IMG/VR virus record: IMGVR_UViG_3300044988_000895
Location: 1-63,112 of that record
DNA: 63,112 nt
Direction: 5' to 3' (one strand)
From: a virus
Taxonomy: Duplodnaviria; Caudoviricetes
A program made the translations under genes and the position numbers. The notes under the pieces are model-generated. The model ran no database searches. It saw only the letters and a program-made list of their open reading frames with translations, and was not told the origin of the DNA. This document shows positions 35,832-45,418 of the stretch, piece after piece. The stretch's first letter is position 1; each line of letters starts with the position of its first letter.

Positions 35832-37148
35832 TTAGCATTGTCTCATTAGAACTTCTGGAGCATTCGGAACGCATCTTACCAAGACTTTTAAATCACTTGG
35901 ATTTCCGTTATATGGTAATTCTTGCCATACTATTCCACTGAAAGAAGAAGATGACTCCTTCAATATTTGTTGAGATGCGGTAAGGTATAAAATCCCATCA
36001 ATTCTTTCGATGAAATCATTTTCCTCAGTAACTGGCTTCCCATCTTCGTCAAGTTCTCCAGTTTCCTTAATGTAAACAACCTTAAGATCAACTGCTGGAA
36101 CTATTTTTCCATCATCATTTATAAGAGCTTCGGAGTTTTGTGATAAAATGGTCTTCACAATAAGCTTACCTTCCGTATAAGCATTTCTTAAAGATGATCC
36201 TAAATCCCAACCAAGCATGTTTACAGTTCCATCCTTATCAACTACATGAATAATGAATGCTCGTTTTTTGAAGTGATCTGCAATGCTTTCCATTACGATT
36301 CTTCTGCGAAGAACATCTCTTTCTTCTGGACTTCCTTCTTCGAGTCTTTTTTGTTCTGGCTCTGTAAGATAGGTTTCTGGATCTTCCTCTTTTAAACACC
36401 ACTTGCCGATTTCAACTCGACCCCACTTGTCGTTGAATCTGGTTGATATACGAATGGAATAATCTTTTTCATTATAAATAATGTCTTCAGAATTACCGCC
36501 ATTACCAACTTGAATGCTTCCAATCAATGCAGCGATATATTTTCTATGCATATCGCCTTTAGCACCAAGCAACCCTTTAATCTTGATGAAAACATTATTT
36601 AAATCTGGCATGGTTTTCAAAGTCGTATTAATATGATTGGTCAAAGATTTTGCTGGATTGTTTTGATCCAATTCGTTTTTTATAAGCTTTCTAATTTCTT
36701 TAGATGCCTTATCAATATTGGCGTGTTGACGCAAAAAACATATTTGCAAATTATCTTCGACAAATTTTCTTGGATAAGATTCCAAATCTGTATCACGAAT
36801 TTGATGAATAAGATCAATTAACTTATTCACATCATTTTTTGTTGATTCTCTAAAGAAGGTGTCTTGCCATTCCTCGAAATTTTGTTTGCTTTCTTCCTCT
36901 GGCATATCAGGAGATTCTGGATCTTCGGATCGATCTGGAATTTCTTGATCCTGTTCTCCTTGAGGATTAACATTTGGATCTTCTTTTGCTTGTGGAGGCA
37001 CAGGAGCATTTGGGTCCGTTTGTGGTCCTTGTGGTCCTTCTTGCCCCGGAGGTATGCCTAATCCTTGTGCTGGCGGGTTGCCAGATGGGTTCATGGCTGG
37101 ATCGCCTTCTGCTTCGTTAAGCCATTCTTCTAAAGCTGCATTATGCAT
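35832..37148 (-). CDS. Acidic, Pro-rich N-terminus protein (possible internal head protein)
   Basis: MHNAALEEWLNE start, P/Q/E-rich disordered N-terminus, 438 aa. Confidence 0.7.
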   Translation of the reverse strand: MHNAALEEWLNEAEGDPAMNPSGNPPAQGLGIPPGQEGPQGPQTDPNAPVPPQAKEDPNVNPQGEQDQEIPDRSEDPESPDMPEEESKQNFEEWQDTFFRESTKNDVNKLIDLIHQIRDTDLESYPRKFVEDNLQICFLRQHANIDKASKEIRKLIKNELDQNNPAKSLTNHINTTLKTMPDLNNVFIKIKGLLGAKGDMHRKYIAALIGSIQVGNGGNSEDIIYNEKDYSIRISTRFNDKWGRVEIGKWCLKEEDPETYLTEPEQKRLEEGSPEERDVLRRRIVMESIADHFKKRAFIIHVVDKDGTVNMLGWDLGSSLRNAYTEGKLIVKTILSQNSEALINDDGKIVPAVDLKVVYIKETGELDEDGKPVTEENDFIERIDGILYLTASQQILKESSSSFSGIVWQELPYNGNPSDLKVLVRCVPNAPEVLMRQC

Positions 37149-37677
37149 TTTTTTCCTTATTTTTTTTAGCCTTGTTTATAGCTTCTATTAGTGATCTTCT
37201 AGAACCACCTTCATTTATATTTATGGTATTGTTTTGATTTGCCGCCAGATATTTTGGAAAGGTATCTTTTTCTTTCAATTTTACCCTTGTCATCAAATCT
37301 GCGACCTTAGTCATTTTGTCGGTTATGTCACTTTTTATTTTGACTAAATTTACCAAAGCTTCTTTGCTAGATGAGGTTGCATCTCCATCATTTATAACCA
37401 TTTCGGCAACTGTATCTATAAAAGTACTCACTTGTTGTCTGTCATCTCTTATACAATCTAAAATTTCTACATATAATCCGACTAATTGTTCATCTGATAC
37501 AATACTTACTTTCTCATCCTCGAAATTAATCATTTCTGGCATAGGAACATTGACATTCATTTGTGGAATCACATCTTGAATGTCTTCTATTTCTTGAAAT
37601 TTTGATACCTCCTGTATTTCAACTGTAGATAATTCTTCCAAATTTTCCATTTCTTTTAAGGTGTCTTTTTTGCTCAT
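37141..37677 (-). CDS. Hypothetical acidic/helical protein
   Basis: ATG at 37677, TTATATA 4 nt upstream; overlaps next gene. Confidence 0.7.
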   Translation of the reverse strand: MSKKDTLKEMENLEELSTVEIQEVSKFQEIEDIQDVIPQMNVNVPMPEMINFEDEKVSIVSDEQLVGLYVEILDCIRDDRQQVSTFIDTVAEMVINDGDATSSSKEALVNLVKIKSDITDKMTKVADLMTRVKLKEKDTFPKYLAANQNNTININEGGSRRSLIEAINKAKKNKEKNA

Positions 37678-37716
37678 GGTATATATAAGCATAGTATTAA
37701 AAGAAATGGATTACTA

Positions 37717-38121
37717 ATGGCACAACAAAAACAAAATTCGAAGGTCATTGAAATGGAACCATTATATGAAGAAATAAGAAAATCAATAAACGATGTCATT
37801 GATATAACTAGTAGAATTGATGAACGATTAAAAATACTTTATGAAAAAGACGATGAATACAAGGAAGATTTTCAAAGTATATTCCGTGATATTAGTTTAA
37901 TTTTACAAAGATTGGCATCTAATGATTGTGTTGTGCCAACTATAGTTGAAAATTTAAATGAACTAAAGAAAAAGGTTTACGATTTGGAAATAAAAATGTC
38001 AAATGTTAATGTCGCTGTAAAAGACCATGAAAACAAGTGGTCTAAACTGTTAGATTGGACATTTAAGATTGCATTGACCGCTTTATCGGCATTTGCGGCA
38101 TGGAAACTTGGAACTAACTAA
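37717..38121 (+). CDS. Coiled-coil protein with C-terminal transmembrane segment
   Basis: Heptads then IALTALSAFAAWKLG. Confidence 0.65.
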   Translation: MAQQKQNSKVIEMEPLYEEIRKSINDVIDITSRIDERLKILYEKDDEYKEDFQSIFRDISLILQRLASNDCVVPTIVENLNELKKKVYDLEIKMSNVNVAVKDHENKWSKLLDWTFKIALTALSAFAAWKLGTN

Positions 38122-38188
38122 TTTAATTTGAAAAAAACACAGCTTAAGTCTGTAAATAATAATGTCATATACTTTGGGGTAAATTTTT

Positions 38189-39649
38189 ATGAAAAATAGA
38201 TTTTCTGAATTCATGCAGATGAAAGAACAAGCAGAAGCAAAGCCTAATCGCATTGTTCCTTCTAAAATTAAACTTAGCAAAAATGATGGTGAATTTATGC
38301 CATTCAATGTTTCGAGGGGCAATAGATCAAATCTAAGAGTATTGATGAAAGCCTTTGAAATAAGCGATCAAATCGGTGTTGGCTATACAACAATCGATAA
38401 GGGTCGTGGAGAAATTGAACCAAAGCTTAAAAGAAAAACAATCCACTTAACTGGTGGTGCCGTAAGAGATCACTTAGCTGGTAAAACTCCAAGAGATTAC
38501 AACCTCGTAACTGATGCAACCGCCAGTGAAATTCGAATGATCCTAAAACATCCAGAAAATAATTTTGTTGAGGTTAAACCAGAAAACAAAGATAAATTTC
38601 AAAATAAATATAAAAATCTTCCAGAAGATTCAAATAGAAAAAAAACATTTTCTGTTTCTCGTTGGGACAAAAATGGAAAAGAAATGGCATTTAAAGTGAC
38701 GATTAATGGAGAAGATTTTGATTTATCCATTATGTCTAAATCTCCCAAAAGCAAATCGTATGATGCTGATTCTTTTGATGCTACTTCAGCTTTAGAAGAC
38801 GATGCAATGAATCGTGACTTCACAATTAATTCTATGTACATTCCATTGAATAATAGCGATGGAGATAATACAGAACTGATTGATCCATTTGGTGGCGCAC
38901 ATCATATAAAAAGTCGTGATCTAGTTAGTGTTAATGACGATTTTGAATCTCGATTTAACGAAGATCCATCAATTGCTATGCGTTTTGCTAAAATGACTTG
39001 CAAATATGGAAATGGTGAAAAACCATGTAAAAAGATTGTTTCTGTCATAAAAGGAAATGAAAAACTTAAAGATATTCCAAAAGATGTTTTCAAAAAAGAA
39101 TTCAATAGTGGATTAGAAGATTCTGGAATTGATACAAGAAAATATATTAAGTTGCTTGATAATCTAGGAATACTTCCATTGATTATGCCACAATATTCAA
39201 TTGATGATATGCAACCAAATATGAAGGGTGATCGCTGGCTAACACCAGCTTACATGCTTAGAAATTCAGATATGGATAATGTTATCGATGCTTTGGTTGA
39301 TAATGGATGGAGCAAAAGCGAAGCATCTGACATTTCTCATCTTATCAATCTTTATAAATGGGCAAAAAGCAGCTATGACCCAAGTATGTTTTATGATCTA
39401 AAACACACAAAATCTGGATTAACAAAATCTAAAATTGGCGATTGGATGAACATGAATGGATTTAAAGAACCTCATGTTAAATCATTCTTAGATCATGATG
39501 ACTCTGATTTAAAACCATATGTTGACACATTAATTGGTAAAAAAATAAATCCGTCTTACGCTGACTTCTTAGGACACAATCCTAAAGGCGAAGATTTTGA
39601 AAGAACAAAGAAATACCTTTCAACAAAAAGATTTTTAGACAATATTTAA
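38189..39649 (+). CDS. Class II tRNA nucleotidyltransferase / poly(A) polymerase-like protein (motif-degenerate)
   Basis: GGAVRD, PRDYNLVTDA, NRDFTINSM, DPFGG, EDPS motifs. Confidence 0.85.
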   Translation: MKNRFSEFMQMKEQAEAKPNRIVPSKIKLSKNDGEFMPFNVSRGNRSNLRVLMKAFEISDQIGVGYTTIDKGRGEIEPKLKRKTIHLTGGAVRDHLAGKTPRDYNLVTDATASEIRMILKHPENNFVEVKPENKDKFQNKYKNLPEDSNRKKTFSVSRWDKNGKEMAFKVTINGEDFDLSIMSKSPKSKSYDADSFDATSALEDDAMNRDFTINSMYIPLNNSDGDNTELIDPFGGAHHIKSRDLVSVNDDFESRFNEDPSIAMRFAKMTCKYGNGEKPCKKIVSVIKGNEKLKDIPKDVFKKEFNSGLEDSGIDTRKYIKLLDNLGILPLIMPQYSIDDMQPNMKGDRWLTPAYMLRNSDMDNVIDALVDNGWSKSEASDISHLINLYKWAKSSYDPSMFYDLKHTKSGLTKSKIGDWMNMNGFKEPHVKSFLDHDDSDLKPYVDTLIGKKINPSYADFLGHNPKGEDFERTKKYLSTKRFLDNI

Positions 39650-39657
39650 AGGCAATT

Positions 39658-42504
39658 ATGATTAATTTTAAAAATTGGAAGCTTAATGTATTATTGGAAA
39701 ATACACAGGGAGAAATTTCTGGACCCGGAGTTGAACTCTTGCAGAAAACAGTAAGAGAAATGGCTGATAGAGGCGCACCTGTAGAAGATAATTTGAGTGG
39801 ATTTGGGAAACAGGATTGGTCTACATTCCAAGCTTTGGCTTCTGCTGGTTATGTGACTAGTAAAAGTATTCCAGTTCGTGTTGCATCGCAAATGTTAAAA
39901 CTTTTGTCTCATTATAAAAATACTCAAATTAACAATTACGAAGAAATAAGCAATTTGATTTATCAAGATATAAACAAAGATCAACCTCAAAGATCGACAG
40001 AAGAAAAAGAAAAAGTTAAAGTGTTTGACAGACAACCATTGGTTTATGGAAAAGTTAAAGTTTATATTCCTCATGGCGTTGATCGATCATTGACAATTGC
40101 AATCAATAAAATTGTAGACTCTGAATTCAAATCAGAAGGCGCACAAAAAGAAACAGACAAATTTGGAAATAATAATTATCCAAGATTTAAAAAATTTCAA
40201 CAAGACAAAAATTCTCTTCACATGTACCAAATACATGCAAGAATATTGCCACAAATTATTTCACTCCTAAGAGACAAAGGATATGAAATAGAAACCGAAA
40301 GCTCTAGACCATTACCATTTGATCAAGGTCAAAATAGAAGTCAACAAAGAACAGGTGAAGAAGAAACAAATAAATCACCTGTTGAAATTAAGGATAAGCC
40401 AGAAGAAAAAAAATCAGAAATTCAAGACAAACCAGCATTAGAACAATCTTTAGATGTAATTAGTTTCCAAAACCTTGGTGGAAATAAGATGAAGATTAAA
40501 ATAAATTACTCACAACTAAGCCAAGGTAAAAAACAATTCTTAAAAGAATCAATTCAATATACATTTCCAAGTTACGAATGGATTAAAGATGATTATTCAT
40601 ATATTGTTTCTGGATCATATAAACAATATGCTACATTTGGAAGATTACTCAAAAAATTCAATTACAATGTAGATAATCTTAGAAAAGTTTTTGGAGAAAA
40701 ATCTTCAAGCGGTGGTCTCGAAAGGACAAGATATGAAGGAAAGCATGATGAAGACGAAATCTTCATCAGCAAAATAGAGGAAAAACTACCAGAGAGTTCT
40801 TTTGATTTATATGACGCACAAAAAAAAGGTGTAGCATTTCTTTATGGTCGTGATCATGCAATTCTCGGTGACGAGACGGGACTTGGCAAAACCGTGCAGC
40901 TTGTTTCGGCAGCAGAAATTCGCATGCAAGAAACCAATAGACCTACTATCATCATTACCTTGAAGCCTGTCGTTAAACAGTGGATAAGCACAATTACAAG
41001 TGTTCTTGGCGATAATATCAGTGGAGAAATATCTACAGATGGTTTAAATCCTAAGAAATGGACAGTTTTATATTACGATAATTTCTCTAAAGGAAAAAAT
41101 TTAGAAGATATAGTTAAAAAACTATCAAATGAAAATTTTGGAATTGCCATACTTGATGAATTGCACAAAGTGAAACATGGAAAAGCAACTTGGAGTAAGA
41201 ATATAGCCAAAGTTGTTGCAAATATTCCGACAAGATGGGGAGCATCTGCGACTGTTTCATCGAACAAACCAATGGATGTAAAAAATCAACTTAAAATTAC
41301 TGGACATCATTTGGGAGATGTTGAAGAAAAGAAATTTAAAAGAGATTTCGCAGGAGAAAATGACAACTACGACCAATCTGGAAGAGATTCAGAAGAAAAA
41401 AAGATAGCTGCTGCAGAAAGATTGAATCGCTGGCTTAATCTTTCTGGTGTTTATGTTCGCAGATCAAAAAGCGATGTTCGTGAAATGCCAAATATTTCTG
41501 TTGGGCATGAAAAAACACAAATAAACCAAGACCAATTTGATTCTAAATACAAAACTAAGTTAAGTGGATATAAAAATCCAAATCTACCAGTATCAAAACT
41601 TATTGCCGCAAGAGAAACTGTAGCACAACTCAAAACTGATGATACAACAAAAAAAGTAATTCAAACTGTAACTAATGGATTAAAACAAGATAATCCAGCA
41701 GCTAGTAAAGTTGTTGTTTTTACAAATTTTGTGGAATCTGGAAACCAACTGGTTTATAAAATTTCAGAAGCTTTGAAAAATATCAATCCTAGCTTTTATG
41801 TTTTAACATATATGAGCGATACAAAGAAAAAAGAAAGAACGGCAGTTAAAGGTAAATTTACCGATGATGCCAACGCAAAAGTATTGATCATGTCGATGAA
41901 AATGGGCGGTACTGGTATCGATTTTCCAAATGCTGCTCAAAGCATGATTATCAATGACTTTGATTGGACACCAGAATCTGCAGAGCAAAGCGAAGGTAGA
42001 ATTTATCGAATCAATACCAACCATCCAGTAGATATAAAATATGTTGTTTCAAGTGGTATTGATAGTAAGCTATTTGAAAAAGTTCAACAAAAAAGAAAGA
42101 TTGCAAATATAATTCAACAATATCGTAAAGATTATCAAGATTCAGAACATGATCAAGAATCACTCAATAAAATTGTTCAAAAACAAAAAGAACTTAAAAG
42201 AATTGATGATGAAATGATTGATATAATCAATTCGGAACTTCCCGGTGCTGGTGAAGCTATGAAGGAATCTTTTAAAGACTTCATCGCAAATGATCAAATA
42301 CTTAGAGAGGAACTACTTTATGGTTTTTCTAGAGGATTCTCTATGCCTAATATCAGCGAATGGAGAGAAAAACATGTGCGGGATTACAAGCATGTTAAAC
42401 AAGGATTTGTTGCCGGAAATCCAAGGTATAGTGACAAAAAGATTGATAGTAAAAATCCAAAAAAGAGTAGAAATTTAGCAAAAAAAATTGATGCTAAAGA
42501 ATAA
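39658..42504 (+). CDS. SNF2-family ATPase/helicase
   Basis: LGDETGLGKT (I), DELH (II), SAT (III), VVFTNF (IV), GGTGIDF (V), QSEGRIYRI (VI). Confidence 0.9.
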   Translation: MINFKNWKLNVLLENTQGEISGPGVELLQKTVREMADRGAPVEDNLSGFGKQDWSTFQALASAGYVTSKSIPVRVASQMLKLLSHYKNTQINNYEEISNLIYQDINKDQPQRSTEEKEKVKVFDRQPLVYGKVKVYIPHGVDRSLTIAINKIVDSEFKSEGAQKETDKFGNNNYPRFKKFQQDKNSLHMYQIHARILPQIISLLRDKGYEIETESSRPLPFDQGQNRSQQRTGEEETNKSPVEIKDKPEEKKSEIQDKPALEQSLDVISFQNLGGNKMKIKINYSQLSQGKKQFLKESIQYTFPSYEWIKDDYSYIVSGSYKQYATFGRLLKKFNYNVDNLRKVFGEKSSSGGLERTRYEGKHDEDEIFISKIEEKLPESSFDLYDAQKKGVAFLYGRDHAILGDETGLGKTVQLVSAAEIRMQETNRPTIIITLKPVVKQWISTITSVLGDNISGEISTDGLNPKKWTVLYYDNFSKGKNLEDIVKKLSNENFGIAILDELHKVKHGKATWSKNIAKVVANIPTRWGASATVSSNKPMDVKNQLKITGHHLGDVEEKKFKRDFAGENDNYDQSGRDSEEKKIAAAERLNRWLNLSGVYVRRSKSDVREMPNISVGHEKTQINQDQFDSKYKTKLSGYKNPNLPVSKLIAARETVAQLKTDDTTKKVIQTVTNGLKQDNPAASKVVVFTNFVESGNQLVYKISEALKNINPSFYVLTYMSDTKKKERTAVKGKFTDDANAKVLIMSMKMGGTGIDFPNAAQSMIINDFDWTPESAEQSEGRIYRINTNHPVDIKYVVSSGIDSKLFEKVQQKRKIANIIQQYRKDYQDSEHDQESLNKIVQKQKELKRIDDEMIDIINSELPGAGEAMKESFKDFIANDQILREELLYGFSRGFSMPNISEWREKHVRDYKHVKQGFVAGNPRYSDKKIDSKNPKKSRNLAKKIDAKE

Positions 42505-42509
42505 TATAC

Positions 42510-42580
42510 GCTTCTGTGGCAGATCAGGATGCACCGCTTTTGTAAAGCGGATTATGTGGGTGCGAATCCCATCGGAAGCT
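42510..42580 (+). tRNA. trnT: tRNA-Thr(UGU), no encoded CCA
   Basis: Acceptor GCTTCTG/CGGAAGC, anticodon stem CCGCT/AGCGG with loop TT-TGT-AA, T stem GTGGG/CCCAT loop TGCGAAT; followed by CTA. Confidence 0.9.
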
Positions 42581-42589
42581 CTAATGAAA

Positions 42590-43210
42590 TTAATTCATTT
42601 TTAAATTTAATTTATTTGCATTGCAATTATTTACAATGTCACTTTTGACCAAATTGATCCAATTTTTATCTTTAGATTCACTTGATGGGTTTTTGTTATT
42701 TTCATAAAAAATTTCGGAATAATTTTCCATCATTCCAATTCCATATGTTTCTACATCTTTTATATTTTTTAAATATTTAGAAGCAAATTCTAATGCTGTA
42801 TTAGAAACACTAATAGCTGTATTTAATGTTATAAAATCATCATTTTCTTTTGATGTTTTAAGGTTGTAGACTATGTATTTGCCTTTAAAATTTAAATCAA
42901 AAACTTCTACAACATTATTGTAAGTTATTGATTTGTCTGGTGATTTTTTAATGTGTGGATTATTTGGAAGTAAAATAAATTTTATATATTTTAATTTTTC
43001 TTTATTTATTTTTGTTGTTGCTTCAAAATCATTTATGCAAAGAACATCACAATCAACAAAATTCATTGCATCATTTCCACAAAAAAAAAGTTCTAATGTT
43101 TTTTCTTTTATTTGAAAAGATGGTCCTTTTCCAAACAAAATCATTTTTTTATAATCTTTTAATTCTTCTTGAACAATAAATATTTTTTCTTTTGTTATGA
43201 TTTTTTCCAT
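42590..43210 (-). CDS. Putative nonulosonate/glycosyltransferase-like protein (GxGPS motif)
   Basis: ILFGKGPS, N-x motif, SNTALEFA...YGIGM pattern of Maf/sialyltransferase-like folds; coupled to CMP-sugar synthetase. Confidence 0.5.
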   Translation of the reverse strand: MEKIITKEKIFIVQEELKDYKKMILFGKGPSFQIKEKTLELFFCGNDAMNFVDCDVLCINDFEATTKINKEKLKYIKFILLPNNPHIKKSPDKSITYNNVVEVFDLNFKGKYIVYNLKTSKENDDFITLNTAISVSNTALEFASKYLKNIKDVETYGIGMMENYSEIFYENNKNPSSESKDKNWINLVKSDIVNNCNANKLNLKMN

Positions 43211-43215
43211 AAAAT

Positions 43216-43836
43216 TTATTTCAATTTATCAAAATCTTTTTGGGTATCAACATCGATCTTTGAATCTATTGGATAATAATATGTATTTGTGTTGTACATA
43301 TTATTATTCAATAATAATATAATTTTAGAATTAAATATAAAAACAAAATGACTAATTTCAAAGCATTTTGGGTAATCTTGTCTTCTGTATAAATTATGAT
43401 AAAATAATTGAGAACCCATATTATTTTCTTCTTCTTTTAAAATAAGAAATGGAGAAACATCGATTTCTTTTTTACACAACAATGTGCTTAAATTGTTTTT
43501 CTTATAAAAAGATAAAATCGATTCAATATCTGACCAATTTCTTTCTGGATATGTTAAATATAAAACAATCAAATCTTCATTTGAAATATTATTTGAATCA
43601 ATAAATTTAACCATCAATTCTTTAGTTGAGGTTAAATCTCCAGATACAGAATCATCACGATCCCACACATTAAAATCACAAGCAATTGCCATCTTTTTAA
43701 TTTCAAAATCATCAGTTAAAACCCACACAAGACTTCTAAATTCTTTAGGGATTTTTTCGGATGTATATTTGAATAATTTTCTATTTTTATAAGGAAGACC
43801 TTTAGATCCTTCTCTTGCTGGTATTATAAATTTCAT
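43216..43836 (-). CDS. neuA: Acylneuraminate cytidylyltransferase (CMP-nonulosonate synthetase)
   Basis: IIPAREGSKGLPYKN, LTYPER, RRQDYP, IDVDTQKDF. Confidence 0.88.
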   Translation of the reverse strand: MKFIIPAREGSKGLPYKNRKLFKYTSEKIPKEFRSLVWVLTDDFEIKKMAIACDFNVWDRDDSVSGDLTSTKELMVKFIDSNNISNEDLIVLYLTYPERNWSDIESILSFYKKNNLSTLLCKKEIDVSPFLILKEEENNMGSQLFYHNLYRRQDYPKCFEISHFVFIFNSKIILLLNNNMYNTNTYYYPIDSKIDVDTQKDFDKLK

Positions 43837-43851
43837 GTGTTATCCATTTAA

Positions 43852-43889
43852 AAATAAACCATGGAAGTTTAAATTTCCATGGTTTATTT
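43852..43889. terminator. 15-bp perfect inverted repeat, likely intrinsic terminator
   Basis: aaataaaccatggaa-N8-ttccatggtttattt, intergenic. Confidence 0.7.
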
Positions 43890-43907
43890 ATTTTTTTATT
43901 AGACACA

Positions 43908-44492
43908 TTAATCCTTAGGATTAAATATCTCACGCTTTCTGAAAATTATTTCATCTTCATTTCCCTTAGATTTTTTTGCTTCTTTTTCGGCTTCTTCAAA
44001 CCAAATTTTCCACAACAAAGCGATTGAATCTTTGGTTGTAGGACTATGATTTGGCAATGGTCCAAAATCAACATGCTTGTTATTGCCACAATATTGACCA
44101 CTAATCATTACCAAACTATGTCTAGCACATTGACTAACCAATAAATCTTCATCATTAACCCTTTCGATGATATCTTCAAGGTATTTAGTCTTGTACTTGT
44201 GAGCTATAAGCAAAGCAGCAGACTTAATTCTTTCGTCCGAACGACCTAAAGTAGCTTTAAACATTATTTCGTTCATGGAATCTAATTGTCTAGCTAATGC
44301 TTGAACATACAACCAATCTTGGTTAATTCTTTTCTTTTGAGAATCACTAAAAGTTGAACTTCCATCAACTGATGGAGCCTCCAAGTTTCTTACAATGAAA
44401 CCTGCAGGATTATCGTTATCTTTTCAACCAGCTTGTAATTTTGGTGTAAGACCAACATACAATAAGACAATCAAAGTAAAGTACCTTATCAT
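43908..44492 (-). CDS. Secreted HEAT-like repeat protein with in-frame TGA at codon 23 (recoded or pseudogene)
   Basis: AGGAAGG SD + ATG 44492: MIRYFTLIVLLYVGLTPKLQAG*KDNDNPAGFIVRNLEAPS continuing in frame into tracked ORF; TGA at 44424-44426. Confidence 0.7.
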
Positions 44493-44562
44493 TATGACCT
44501 TCCTTTCTTAATGTTATTTTACTACATTTCTTACTAATTTAAACTAAACAAAAGGAGATTCA

Positions 44563-45417
44563 ATGGAATTTTTTGTATCAGTGGAATTAACACCACAAAT
44601 CCAATGGCAGATTGAACTTATGATCGAAAGCTTTAATGCATTAAATATGCAGGATAAACTGCTTATTTGCTTTTGTTCAGACTCGGCAGATGATTTTATT
44701 CCAGACATGGTAAAAAATCTTGGGAATCATGTCAATACTATGCTTATTCGTAATCTTGGGAAAACTAGAGGTCATACTGATCTCAATAAATTTTATGGCA
44801 TAAAAACAGCACTCGAAGAAAAACGACTTGGAAAAAAGTTTTTCGTCCTCGAACCAGATATGGTTATTTGTTCACCACCAAAAATCGAAACAGATGAAAT
44901 TTCATGTCATTTCCAAGTAGATCCAACATTTGTTCCAGAATTCATCAATGAACATACAGACCTAGAAAAATATTTTAACATTCAACCAAATGCAATTGAA
45001 TCAAATCAATGGTCCGCAGCAGGTTCTCCTATATGCTTTGTCAATTTTCCAGTTGAATTTTTTGATCAAATGATCTTAGATGCAGAAGATTATGTCTATA
45101 AACAATTTTACTATAACGAAAAAGTATGGAATAGAAGTATGCAGGTTGTTATGAACATGGCTCTTTATAGATACATTGGAAAATATTATAACGCATACGC
45201 AAGCTTTGATTATAAATCTTCTTTACATTCAAAAATTGTGAATAATTTCATTCATTATGAACATGGATATCAACCATTGTTTCATAAAAATATGTTTCCT
45301 TATAAACCACCACACTTTCTTTCGCTTGGCAATCCGTTTAAAACATTGGCAGAATATTCTCCAACGCCAGCATTTCAATTTATTTCCAACTTATCAAAAC
45401 AATACTTGAAAAGATAA
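44563..45417 (+). CDS. Putative GT-A glycosyltransferase resembling peptidyl-Ser/Hyp O-glycosyltransferases
   Basis: QWQIELMIESF, LNKFYGI, VLEPDMV, IHY motifs; AGGAG SD. Confidence 0.5.
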   Translation: MEFFVSVELTPQIQWQIELMIESFNALNMQDKLLICFCSDSADDFIPDMVKNLGNHVNTMLIRNLGKTRGHTDLNKFYGIKTALEEKRLGKKFFVLEPDMVICSPPKIETDEISCHFQVDPTFVPEFINEHTDLEKYFNIQPNAIESNQWSAAGSPICFVNFPVEFFDQMILDAEDYVYKQFYYNEKVWNRSMQVVMNMALYRYIGKYYNAYASFDYKSSLHSKIVNNFIHYEHGYQPLFHKNMFPYKPPHFLSLGNPFKTLAEYSPTPAFQFISNLSKQYLKR

Positions 45418-45418
45418 A

